Below are positions 1 to 12,480 of a DNA stretch of 64,000 nucleotides, in pieces. Within the stretch, counting starts at the first letter, position 1. Every line of letters starts with the position of its first letter. This DNA is from Seison nebaliae. Its lineage: Eukaryota. The notes under the pieces were generated by a model. It did not search any database. It saw nothing but the letters and a program-made list of their open reading frames with translations, and was not told the origin of the DNA. The stretch is taken from the NCBI GenBank assembly GCA_023231475.1, contig JALJEE010002181.1:1-64000 (forward strand). Direction: 5' to 3'. Made by a program: the position numbers and the translations under genes.

Positions 1-1735
1 AAATTTATTTCCTTCGTTTTTACAAACTGAGGAATTATTAATTGAGATGAGGAAAATGTTTTAGATGCAAACCTCTTAAGTTTAAAAAAGCTTGTTTAAG
101 TAAAAAATTATATACCTACCAATGTGTTTTATATTGTGAAGGGACGGAGTATGATAGAGGACATAAGAATCAAAAAAGGAATCATAATAGAAAACCTTTT
201 GCGTAGTTCAATGCTTAACTATATGGAATAAGCATCACTCTATCGCATACGATTAAACATAAACTGATTTTAAAAAATTGAAAGATACTAAAAATTAAGA
301 AGCAAATTAAAAAGTCAATCTTCCTCATTTAGTAAATCAGACCTTCTTAATAGACAATAAATACACAAGGAATTTTTGGCAAAATTACAATCTTTTAAAT
401 TGATCACTTTCTGATTTCTTTCTATTTTTCAAATGATATTTATTGACCACTAGAAATATTATGTAATAATGTGTACAATTTTTAATTGTGCTATCTTTTA
501 TCAATTGAAGGTAACGATCATTAACCGTTTGCGTTGTGATATTTCGTTTATAAATAAATAAATCTACTCAGAATATAGATTTTTGTACCTCTTTTCCGAC
601 AAAGACGTATTTGGTTATTTTCCAATCTTCGCATGTTCGATAAAAACTTTCTCCTTATAGCGGATTCGAACTTCGAACTATTTCATTTTTTTTCGCGTTT
701 CTTCCCACGTACTTATGAGAGACATATAAATAATAATATATAAATATAATAAATTATAAAATATAATACCTAACCATATGCGTCCTATACGGTTTGTAAA
801 GGGTTAAACTATTATTCGGATTCATAAGATCGGTTTTACTGGAAAATTTTTAGTTATAAGTAAGCTTAGGAATTCTATGAGACCCTAAAGAGAGAGTATA
901 CCAAGATATTAAGTTAAATAATCAATTTTTTAAATTCTCCGTACTTAATTTCCAAAGGAATTATTTCATAACAAATTGAGATAATTAACACAGTTAATAA
1001 AAATAAATATCGAATTATTATAATTATTATTTCAGACTATAAAAGGAAAGAAAAACTGAAAAAATTTCAATTCGATTATTTGCGCGTTAGTGAGAAGGTT
1101 TAATTTTGTTTTATTCTTCTTTGACTATATTTTTTTAATAACAGTGAACGAAATCACTAACGCGCCTTTGTCCATAACGAGTCTAGCAAAAGTCGCAGTG
1201 GAATATCGTTACCACTTAGCGGAATTGGGATATCAAACGGTCAGGTACCGTCCAATGGTTTCACATTCTCAATGGTAACCATTGGACAGTTACCGAGACT
1301 TGTTCCTCATCGTATTGTCCAGATATGTTAGGTAAATCGAGTCTCCCACTTGCAGATGGCTAGATCTGATAAAGGACCAGAAAATAAATTAAACAGTTTG
1401 GTCTCTCATCTGATCTAATAACCACAGGGTTATTTGTATACCTAACTACTATAAATAAGTTTACACATACTATCCGATATTATGAATTATCTCCTGATAT
1501 TCAATATTGAAACAATTCATATTTTCATAAGTTCGGACAATATCCTTGACAATTTATCGAAAATCTCTCATAAAGTAAAATTATTTTATCAACGATAATA
1601 AAGACGAAATTATAAAACTATTTATAATTCTATATAAATAAATATCAAATTAAACAATTATTATCTGATATAAATTTATTCTACTAATAAACTAAATAAA
1701 CATCTTTAGTAAATAGTCATTTTTGCTTAAAGTTT

Positions 1736-4283
1736 TTAATAAATAAGTTGATTCAATAATTTCACAACGCTAAATGTAATAAGTGGCTGTAAAGTAAAGA
1801 ATTGAGGATCAGTTTTACTTATCAGCCGTCTCAACCAATGATGTTCTATACGTTTTTCATCAGACTTTTAGAAATTAAAGACATCAGTGTCAATGAGAAA
1901 GATGTTAAAAATAAACTTCCAATTTATATTGTTTCCCGAACATTTTCATCATGTCACCATTTTTTTGAAGTGAAAATAAATATTTTCTTTCAAATTTCCT
2001 TTTCCACCAAATTCCACTAAAGAATTAAATTTTAAAATTACTATAAAATATTTCTCATTTAAAATGAAAACTTGTCCTTATCGAAATTAGAAGAATCTTT
2101 TAGATCTTGTTCATTAGAATTCTTATTGAAATAATAAGTATAATAATTTATCCGAATCCACTTAGGTCCAAATGTATCATTTTTGAATGGATCACCATCC
2201 AATAACGGCATAACTTTAAAAAGAAATGATATTTTCAATGAAAAACAAAAGAAAGAGAACCATCTGATGGATTATGTAATATACGATGACAGAAATTAAT
2301 CAACCATTGATTATGTGCATATGATGATAATGCAGCGAACCACATTTGCCAATCTAATCGAGGTTGATGAGGAATAAGGAAAGGCAATTTTCGATTGACA
2401 TCTCCAGGTTTATATTTGAAATGATATTCTTTCCATTCATATTCTCGTGGTTCATCATCTTCTCTGGGAGTTATGGGAAGAATCTCAAGATTTTCATTCG
2501 TTCCCTCAACAATAATTTCTGGTCTACCACCAACTCCAGTCATTCTACCAAAAAATAATTATTAATTTTTTCAAGGAAATTAAACCGTCGAAATAATCCA
2601 TAAGATCTCGCTATATGGAATGGAGCAACATTCATATACGTCTTATAAATTTTGGTTGATACGACTGGTAGTGGTCGATTATTAATAGCAGAATAAGGAA
2701 TCTGAAGATGATTAAATGATTAAATTCTTAATTTAAAAAAATTTGAACTAAAGTCATGAGAAAAATAAAAATTGCCATAATGAAAACGAATAGATTATTC
2801 ATGACACGAAATCCATTTTCAATAGAAAACGATAATTCTGCGAAAGTTCTAAAAAAAGAAAATTGATTTGGTTGATGAATGAATGAACGACTAACATGTA
2901 GAAATGATAGAGACAATAATAAGCGAACCAAATGACAGATAAAACGAGTGATAAATTCAATGAAATTGATGTGAATTTTGTGAATTGTTCTTGAGTGAAA
3001 TCTTTTGAGAAGAATGTTAAGATAATGGAAGATATAATGACAAACTGATTTTTGTGTCGATTTTCGTAATCGATGTCAAATTAGTTATATTGAAATAGTT
3101 TTTCGTCAAATACAAAGTAATTGTAAGAAAAATGAGCAATGAAGAGTAATTAATGATCATTAATAATTTTCGATTTGAAATGAAAAGATGATTATTTCCT
3201 GAAAAGAGAATTATTTAAAGATTGGAAATTAGGTATTAGGTTATAAAAGAAAAATTACCTGAATCGAAATTCAAGAGTGAAAGAGAAAGAATAATTGTCA
3301 AAATATTGAAGAAATTATAATTGCCAGTAAGAATGATGAGAATCATCAGAACTATCTAGAAAAATGAAGAAACTTTAAAATATTTGAAAAAAAAATTTTC
3401 TCTCTAACCTGACTCCACATACAAATTACTCGATGTAAATAAAATGGTGAGAAGATGAGAAATGGTAAGACGATTTCGATATAATAAACAAGCACAGTCG
3501 ATAAATGATGGAATGATTCGTTAAAAAAATGAACATTCCACGCTAATTTCGATGGGATACATTGTGATTGATAATGCCAATCCATTGCTGAATTATGGAA
3601 TAAAATTATTTCTATGAAATTTCCATCAAATGAAAACCTGATAAATTCCACCAGGCCGGACATTGAGATTTCAATTTAACGATACCTGAAGCATACATTA
3701 ATCGGAAGAAGAGCCATCTCATCAGATAAATGATAATTTGTTGGTGTGGTCGATTGTCGGATGAGTTTGATGTCCAATCGGCTAAGAATATGGTAAGGAA
3801 TCCACTCTCCAATAGAAGTATATCCCTTGAATAGAATTGAAGGAATAATTAAGAGGAAAAGAAAAGAACCATTGGAAAGATAAGAAAGTTTGTCCCACAT
3901 AATATACGGACAAATATAACAACCATAAAATGAAGAAAATCATTCGACATCTCAATTGATTAATCAGGAGAGAAAGTGTCGAAATGACCACGCCAAATAG
4001 CACAAAAATATCGAGATATTGATACGGAGTCAATAAACGATACGTATTCGACAAATACAAGATGAGTGTGGGTGTCTTCCAGAATTGTTTCAAGGTAAAA
4101 TTCTCCCAATTTAAATGTTTGACCGGTAAAATTCCATTATCACCAAAAAGACCTAAAATCATCCATAATGAGAATGGGAGAGAAGTGGAACAAACCGGGC
4201 AACTGATGATATATGGATGAGAATGCGAATCCATAAACGAGAGAGATGCACCATAATAACGAATCGACAGTGATATATACCAT
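1736..4283 (-). CDS. LMF2: Lipase maturation factor 2-like, 13 coding exons
   Basis: The spliced translation gives [113 protein letters not shown] and FKYKPGD..PHQPRLDWQMWFAAL, all LMF-family motifs. Introns (minus strand): 4195-4153, 3869-3826, 3637-3588, 3408-3356, 3258-3199, 3045-3002, 2895-2849, 2747-2702, 2585-2545, 2260-2214, 2071-2017, 1916-1865. Stop TAA at 1738-1736. Confidence 0.93.
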
Positions 4284-4615
4284 TAAGCCGATCACTTGAA
4301 TGGTGGGATGAAAAAGGAAAAATATTTTTTTGTGATAACAAAAGCTTAAAATTTGAATATAAATAATAATTTTTAAATTTCACAAAATTATTCTTTAACA
4401 TCGAATATGGACGAAAAAATCATTGGATAGTAGATGTCATTATATTCAATTAATTCTTAAATATGCGCATTCGTTAAATTAAGGAAATTTGTAAGTTCAG
4501 TGCGAACAATCATATCCAATTACATACATATAAGACAAATATAGAGAGGCAGAGCAGAAATAATAAGAATAATTTTTTGTGTTTTATTTCTTTCTGGGTG
4601 GAAGAAGAAGAAGAG
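4284..4615. promoter_or_regulatory. Probable short bidirectional promoter and 5' UTRs shared by LMF2 and ACSL
   Basis: The LMF2 ATG is at 4283 (-) and a strong AG|GTAAGT donor lies at 4616 (+) upstream of ACSL, so both transcription starts probably fall within about 330 bp. Confidence 0.5.
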
Positions 4616-4949
4616 GTAAGTCCGTTCAAATTTCATTCATAAAATTCAAATCGTAAATAATTCCTTTTTTTTTGATTTATATTATTCATCATTCATATTA
4701 ACACATAGAAAGATGATTTGGTGTATAAATAAAATTCTTCCTGAATTTCGTTTTTCCTTCTGGAATTCCGTTTTTTTTCATCATTTCCTTTTTTCTTCTG
4801 TTCAATACATTCGGAAACTAAAATAATTTTTATGATATTTGTTATTCAGTTCTTACCCAATTTTCACTATAGTAACTGTTTGTTTTGGTACGAGAAATTT
4901 TTGGGAACTGTAAATTTAAAAAAAAAAATTTTTTTCAATTTTCATTTAG
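4616..4949 (+). other. Probable ACSL 5' UTR intron (334 nt, canonical GTAAGT donor)
   Basis: GAAGAG|GTAAGT at 4616; pyrimidine tract plus TTTAG ending at 4949, 19 nt before the ATG at 4969. An alternative acceptor TTCAG lies at 4849. Confidence 0.6.
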
Positions 4950-4968
4950 ACAAATGTTCATTTAATAC

Positions 4969-7792
4969 ATGTCTTCATTCAATTCGATGAATGCTAATTC
5001 AGTTAGTGGTGTAGTGACGAATGGTAGTGTTCTGGGTGATCTGACAGTCGATGGAGTTGTAACATCTTTCTATAAATGGATTGATGAACATTTATTAACA
5101 TTCTTATTCGACACAGGATCCGAACCGTCTACGAGAACTATCGCAGTTACAGCAACAGCAGCGGCCGGACTAACAGCGATAGCAGCTTATTATTACGGTC
5201 TATTCATGCATCTCTTTCCCAATGAGGATTTGAGTACGATATGTCGTCCAGCAATGACAGAAAAGGAGATTGAAGACGCGTTAGCTGAATCGGATGAAGT
5301 GAACAATTTTCTCATCGAACCACATAATTTTAAGGATGTGAAACGATTAGCGAAACATCATCAATATGTGAATGAACGAATGAATAAATTGAAACCATAT
5401 TCGATTATGGGATTCTTAAGGAATTTCCAGACATTACCATTAGGAGTTGCGAAAGAGAAAGTTCTTCTTAAAAGTGCATTCGATCAACAAACGGATGATA
5501 AAGAAATGCACATGAAAAAGAGAATTGAAGAAGAGAAGAAATTGGTGAGAACAGCAGGAGTTTTCGATTATAGTGAAATTCGAATAACGAGTTTATTGAA
5601 CATTGACGGATTGTTATCATATTTGCCGAATGTGAAGAATTTATATGATAATTATGTTTATGGATTCGATATCTCGAAGAATGGGAGATGTCTCGGATAT
5701 TATGATGATGGAGTGAAAGGATATTCATATTATTCTTATTCTCAAGCTATTACAATGGGAAATGAATTTGGTGACGGATTATTGACATTGCCTAACATCC
5801 TTCCAGGAAACAATACGAAAATCGGAATTTATTCTATGAATCGACCAAAATGGACAATAACAGAAATAGGTAATCATCGTCATGGAATGGTATTAGTTCC
5901 TCTATATGATACATTAGGAGATGAAGCGATCGATTTTATTGTGAAGGAAACAGAATTGAAAGTGATCGTCATCGATAAATTAGATAAATTACAGAAATTA
6001 TTTACACTTGCTCAATGGGATATAAATAAAGAAGGTAGTCAATTCAATGAAGCTCATTATGTTTTAATGGATTGGGATGAATTAGATGGAGAAACAATCA
6101 AACAATTAAAGAAGACAGCTGATGATATGAATGTGACACTTCATTCTTTTAAACAAATCTGCGAATTTGGAAGGAAGAGACCTTCCGAGAAACATTTGGC
6201 CGGTCTTAATGAAATTGCTACTATCTGTTATACTAGTGGCACGACTGGACCACCGAAAGGTGTCATGTTAACCCACGAAAACTTATTGGCTGTGGTAGTG
6301 GGCTGTTGGTACAACCTCCGAGGAATTTTATATGGAACAGGTGAAATCTTAATTTCTTACTTGCCTTTAGCTCATATGTTCGAACGATCTATAGAAGTTT
6401 AATAATTTTTTGAAAAATTTTTATAAGATTTTTCTCTTGAAAATTTTCTGTTTGTGCAATGGATAGGCATTTCTGTTTATGCAAGGTGGAGCAGTTGGTT
6501 ATTATCGAGGAAATGTTAAAGCGTTAATGGAAGATATGAAAGTAATGCATCCAACAATTTTTCCAACCGTTCCTCGTCTCTTGAATAGAATGTACGACAA
6601 AATTATAGATACTGCTTCATCATCGAAAGTGAAGAAATCTTTATTCAAATTTGCATTTTCTCGAAAATTGAAACTTGTAAGAAAGTTTAATTTGTTTTCA
6701 ATACTAATAAAATAAATTTACGGTTTTATAGAGGAATAGTCACAACAGATACAATGTGGGACAAATACGTTTTCCATCGAGTCCAACAATCTCTTGGGGG
6801 AGAAGTTAAATTCATTGTTACTGGAAGTGCTCCATTATCACCAAGTGTTTCAATAATTTTTCATTTATTTTTATTAATAATAATTTTCTTCTTTTTCAGG
6901 TTCTCACATTCACTAGAGTAGTGACTGGAGCTCATGTATTGGAAGGTTATGGTCAAACGGAAATCGCAGGGATTTGGGGTGTACAAATACCTGGAGAAGT
7001 AACATGTGGGAATGTTGGAGTGCCATATGTGTGCAATTATACGAAATTGATCGATATTCCTGAAATGAATTATTATGCCACTTCAAATCGAGGAGAAGTT
7101 CAATTTAATTAATTTTTAAATTATAATTATTATTTATATGAATGAAGGTGTGTATTAAAGGAACAAATGTGTTCCCGGGATATTTCAAGAATCCTGAAAA
7201 AACGAAGGAAGTGATCGATGAGGATGGATGGTTACATACCGGCGACGTCGGAATGTGGACTGAAGATGGATTATTGAAAATTGTTGATAGGAAGAAACAT
7301 ATTTTCAAATTGGCACAAGGAGAATATGTAGCACCGGAGAAGATAGAGCAAATTTATATGCGTCATCCATTAATCGCTCAAGTCTTCGTTTATGGCACGA
7401 GTCTTCAAAGTTATTTGGTTGGATTGATATTTCCTGATTTTGAAGCATTACCACAATGGATGAAAGACAAAGGCGGAAAATTTGGTTATAGTGAATCGAA
7501 AAAAGACAAGATCTTTGCGACAGATGAATTTCAAAAATTTCTCGTCGATGATATGACGACGATGGCGAAACAAGCCGGATTAAATACATTCGAAACGGTT
7601 TTTTTTCTCTTTTTTTCATTTTTAAATTTTAAAATTTTTTTTCTTCTTCAGATTAAACGATTCCGAATTATCGATGAAGCATTCAGTATCGAAAACGAAC
7701 TATTAACTCCAACATTCAAAACAAAACGTCCACAAGTTCTGAAGAAATATGATAAATTATTAAATTCGATGTATGATCGTGCATTCGATTAA
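4969..7792 (+). CDS. ACSL: Long-chain fatty acyl-CoA synthetase (ACSL1/5/6-like), 6 coding exons
   Basis: AMP-binding motif YTSGTTGPPKG, gate motif ISYLPLAHMFER, EGYGQTE, GWLHTGDVG..IVDRKKHIFKLAQGEYVAPEKIE, C-terminal LLTPTFKTKR, and an N-terminal hydrophobic anchor. Introns 6397-6466, 6685-6731, 6847-6899, 7098-7147, 7598-7651. Confidence 0.95.
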
Positions 7793-8838
7793 TTGGAAAT
7801 TGATGTGTTTAAAACTAACCGATTAAATGATCACATATATTCCCAACTTTCATTTCATATTTAATCACCGTTATTCTTATTATAAATCCATTAATTCCAA
7901 TACATCATATTGAAGAATTTTCTTTTGTAAAATTTCTTTTTTACCATTTTCTTCCTTTCGTTATTTCATTTAAATGATAATGTTTTCATTATATTCCTTT
8001 GAAAGTCGTTTTGATTGTTCCAATTAACTTTTGTTCCGATATTCCATTTTTTCTCTCCTTGTGTCAATCACCAACTTCGTTATTTCTCCTCAGCCACCAC
8101 CAACACCACATATGTATTGCTTCATCCACAATTTCGATTATGTCGTATAATAAATTTCATTATAATATATTTTAATTCAATTTAAGTCACAATTTAATGT
8201 ATGGTTCATTTATATTAGATGTAATAATGAAGTACGACAATTAAATTTCTTTATTGGAAAACAAACAAAATTGTGTTAGAACAAAACTTAAATTTAAGTG
8301 ATTTTTTTCTGTGGAGAAGTTTGAGGAAAAAACATTTCCTTAATTCCATCTCTAATAGATTTTGACATTAATATTCAATTTTTATAATGATGTCTGCGCG
8401 TAATCGAAAGTGAATTTCATTTGTTAGAGTTTAAACTGAAAATTCTGTTAAAATAAGAGAATAGGAGAAATATGGAATTGTAAAGATAAAAGGAATTTTA
8501 ATGATTAAGTAATGATTTGTGACATGAGAATAATTAGTATCAATAATATTCTTCACGTTCAATTACTTTCCACTATTGGAGAATGGAGAACTTCCAGTTT
8601 AATTTCCTTTCTTTAATTCACTTACCTGGATATTTGTGAGGGTAATATTGGGAGAAAGTCCAGGTCCAAAGTTTTCATCATTAGTCATATCGAATGAATA
8701 ATACTAAATGTTGTGTAACGATTATAATTTATTTAAGTATTCTATAAATCAATAGAAATCATAAAGAGAATGAGTCAATATATGAGACATTTATCTTTTC
8801 TGCAAGTGAAATATGTGATGCATGACTTATGCAGTTTA

Positions 8839-9922
8839 TTAGTCATTGATAATCATTCCAGCTGAAGATGCCTCGATATTTCGATGGAGACGATATAAAT
8901 TGGAGACGTTATCTTCTTCCAAAAGATATTTCATTTTCCATTCGTGATTCTCGTTAATTTTCAATCTATTCTCTGTCGCGTCTTCTCGTTCTGGAGATGG
9001 AATGAAGAAAGTATATTTTATGGTCATTAAATTAAATTATTCATTTAGTCAGTCGTTTCGAGAGTGTCTGTGAGGAATCGTAAAATTTTACGATGTGATA
9101 AAGAGGAAATGAATGAAATTGTAATAAATTACCTGAAATACGAAGACCGACATCATCAATATTTAGCGCACCATTGCCAGTTACGATTAAATACCGTCCT
9201 GAATAATTAATAAGGTCATCAATCGTTGTAATAGCGTTGCCATTTATAGTATAAATGTAGTGGATGGGATCGTAGGACAAGAGAATGTTAATCTTCTTTT
9301 CTAATTCACTCGAAATTGTTTCGTCATGGAACGGAGAGATTTTGGTAAATGCCACGCGAATCTCTTCGATAAACTTATCTAGATTTTTCGTGTTTTCTTT
9401 ATGAATGAGAAGTGAAGCGAATGGTCGTCGTATATTCAATAATTGTTCTTCATCACTCATACTCAGTTTTTCATTAGATACTGATGCACTAATGGCACGT
9501 ATGAGATAAACCAGCCGAGGTAATGGTACAGTCGACACATTCTCTTTATTCATCGTTTGTTTGGGAAGATCATTTTTCTTTTCTTCATTTCCGTTCCTCT
9601 TTCTCTCCAATTCTCTCAATTCGTTCATCGTATATACTGACGATAGAGTATCGATATCTAATACAGTTCCATCTTCCGTTCCCGTCAATTCATCACGTTC
9701 AATGAAATCGGCAAACAATTCACTAAAATATTTTAAGCGGACGAACTTTTCATCTTTTCCTCTCAATCTAGTGTCACACTCCTTCTCCTTTGACAGCAAT
9801 TCGTAGTACAATGATGTATCCTGCATGTCATACAACACTTTCGAATCATTCCTCAACTTTCTTTCTTCTTCTTCTTCTATCGACGATTCGGATTCACTTA
9901 TCGACATTCTCCCCGTTTCCAT
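8839..9922 (-). CDS. Doublecortin (DCX) domain-containing protein
   Basis: 296-aa ORF containing PRLVYLIR...RRPFASLLIHKENTKNLDKFIEEIRVAF...IHYIYTINGNAITTIDDL..YLIVTG, which aligns by eye to the DCX repeat (PKLVTIIR..VRVLLNKKTAHSFEQVL..KLYTLDGKQVT..VFIACG). A phase-1 GTAAT donor at 9132 joins in frame to CCAG at 8991 (or CACAG at 9068). The start could be ATG 9922 or 9907. Confidence 0.7.
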
Positions 9923-9928
9923 GACAAC
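9915..9928 (-). promoter_or_regulatory. RFX X-box motif GTTGTCATGGAAAC
   Basis: 14-bp imperfect palindrome matching the X-box consensus (GTTGCCATGGCAAC type), at the 5' end of the DCX-domain gene. Confidence 0.65.
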
Positions 9929-12015
9929 CACACTTCAATAGTCCTCTTCAAGCTTATATCTTCAACACCCACAATTGGAGTGCCACTGTAATTTCTTTCA
10001 ATTTAACATGTCCTTCCCCCCCTACAACACCACTCACCTATCATTCCAACTAATCTAATTATGACTACTACTATGAATGGATGTACTTATCAACCGAAAT
10101 TCATTTTTACCTCCCTCTTGTTTCCATGGAGGATAGATAACGAAACATTTATTGGATTCATTTCTCTTCAACTAATAAATTCCCTTCTATTACTAGAACT
10201 AATAAAGGATTATTTATTAGCAATTTATCCGAACACAATTTCATCTTAAACTCAATTTATCGAAGAAATTCCTTAAAGTAAATAAGGACATCATCATGAA
10301 GATGATTAGTTGAATAATCATGTATTATGCATATTCCAACGCACACACATCTCTAATATTTGTTTTCGTTTTAACTTCAATCTCCAATTTTCCTTCTCCC
10401 AATTCATTGTTGAATTAGTGAAATGAGAAATAGTTGAGGTAGTTATCTCATTCATGTTCCCAATTTTTTTATAGTTAGTTGACGAATGTGTCAAATTAAG
10501 AAGATTCATGATATTTCATTGAAATGAATAAATTTCGAATAAATTAAAATTTCATAAATCCATCTTCGCTCCTCCAATTTCAGTTGTACGATAATTATCT
10601 TTAAAACAAACGGATAACTGATGCAAATTAAATCAGTTTTTTATCTTTCAAATTAATCGAAAATTTATTGAGTCTCAACTATCCTCCGATAGTCAATAAA
10701 CGAGTGAATGATATACTAATTTGATTTTAATTCGCCTATAAATTATTTTCTACATTCAGACTTTCTCCTTTATAATTTCCTTCAATTCACACTAGTAAGA
10801 TGATTAATTTTTTCTCGTTCAATCTTCGTCCAACACTCCATTCGATGTTGGTGTTGTTGTTCGCAAAACATTTTTCTTTCCAATGGGAAATGTATTTCAT
10901 GTCAAATGATAATCGTTTCCAATAAAACTCTCCTCTAATAAAAATAATGAGAAATAATACAATTATACATATATGGTAATTGTATGACATAATCGTAATT
11001 TGTTTTATAAAAAATTTTCGATTCGATAGAACGAAAATTAATTCTAACAATTTTGTAGGTGAAAAAAAAGAAACTTTTCAAAAAAAAATAATTTCTTCTT
11101 CTTTTCCAATTACGATATTCTTTTCACTCCATCAACCATTAATTTGTCAAACCAAAACTATCTTCAACAATCTCTCCGAGTCTGTAACACTCATCAATTC
11201 TTCCTCTTCTTCTTTTCTCACAGACTTCAAACAATCGAATTCGATGAATAGAATCGAATGAAATTCTATCGAACCGAAATTGGAGAAAGCAGAAATTACT
11301 GATACAAATTTGAAGAATGGTGAAGGGAAGTTGAATAATGAGGAGAAGTGTAATGATTTGGGATTATGTAAAGTTATCTTCGATTATTGACAGTTAATAT
11401 AATTTTATGTAATTGTTAATTATGCCCATCAAGTGCATAATGAGAGTGATGAGTGAGATGATTATATTTGTTATTGCTTTGTCATTTATGAGTTGTGTTA
11501 ATATTTTAATTGGGAAATGTCATGATCATCACATTCTATGTCAATTCCGTCCATCTCAACTTCTCCTTCTTTCTTTCTACTTTCATTCTCCGTCGTCATT
11601 CAAAAACGATTCATCCGATATTTCCACATCGATCGACGTGTTTATTGAAGAATAGTTAAAGGTTTTGTTGAAATGGAACATATCAAATTTCTAAATGAAT
11701 TATTCTCAAAACTTCCTTCCAACCATCTACACTTCGGCTTTAGTCAAATCAAATATTTTCCTTTTTCGTCCGTAGCAACCGACATTTCACCATTTCTCCT
11801 TCGCACAGAATCTTAAAAGAAGTTCGTTTCGTAGAGAGTGGGGTCCGTTCTTGTTATTGTTACTGAATCGGCGATTCACATAAGGTAACATAGAATGGTG
11901 ATAAAAGGAATGTGCTTACACTTCCTGTGCAATGTAAATGTTTCCAGTAAACTCCAACTGGTTAAATGGAGAATTAATTGGTTTTCTTCTTCATTTTCTA
12001 GGAGGAGAACATATT

Positions 12016-12480
12016 CTACATAGCCATATTCATTCCAATAATATTTTCTTTTCTTTTAACATTTCTATTTAATCTAATAACATTATCGATAAGAAATGGT
12101 AGAGACATGGAGAAATGTGCAACTCTCCAACTGGTGTGGCTCTTATTTTTAGCAGATTGTCGACTATTCAGAATATCAAACGGTAGAATGATTACTTGAT
12201 TAAGTGAAACTAGTAGAAGAAGAATTCTTATTTATTCACCAAAATCGATTTATTCAAGGGAAAAATCGTTTTTACCAAACACATCAATCTTTTCATTCAG
12301 ACGTTTTCCACTTGAATAACTTCTCTTTCTCCTCTCCCCACCATCGAGAAGGTCATCCATAATTAAACTCAATTCAAACGTATCGGACAATGGAATTGTT
12401 GCAAATTGAATTTTAATTATCTTATCGTCCAGCACGTCATCCAATCTTGTGTCGTAATGGTCGTGAATAATCATTTTCAA
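12016..12480 (-). CDS. Possible small spliced gene of unknown function
   Basis: The 76-aa ORF at 12480-12250 can splice in phase 1 (GTAAAA near 12275 to CTAG near 12210) into a second open frame (VSLNQVIILPFDILNSRQ...). No recognisable homology. Confidence 0.2.

Noticed and set aside
660..680. Minus-strand GTTCGAATCC, like a tRNA T-loop or B-box
   Set aside because: No cloverleaf or A-box can be built around it.
8619..8667. ACTTACCTGG resembling the U1 snRNA 5' end
   Set aside because: No U1-70K loop, U1A loop or Sm site follows; better explained as a minus-strand CAG|GTAAGT donor.
10061..11655. Short ORFs, including a signal-peptide-like MSYNYHICIIVLFLIIFIRG
   Set aside because: I could not build a phase-consistent spliced gene; left unannotated but not excluded.
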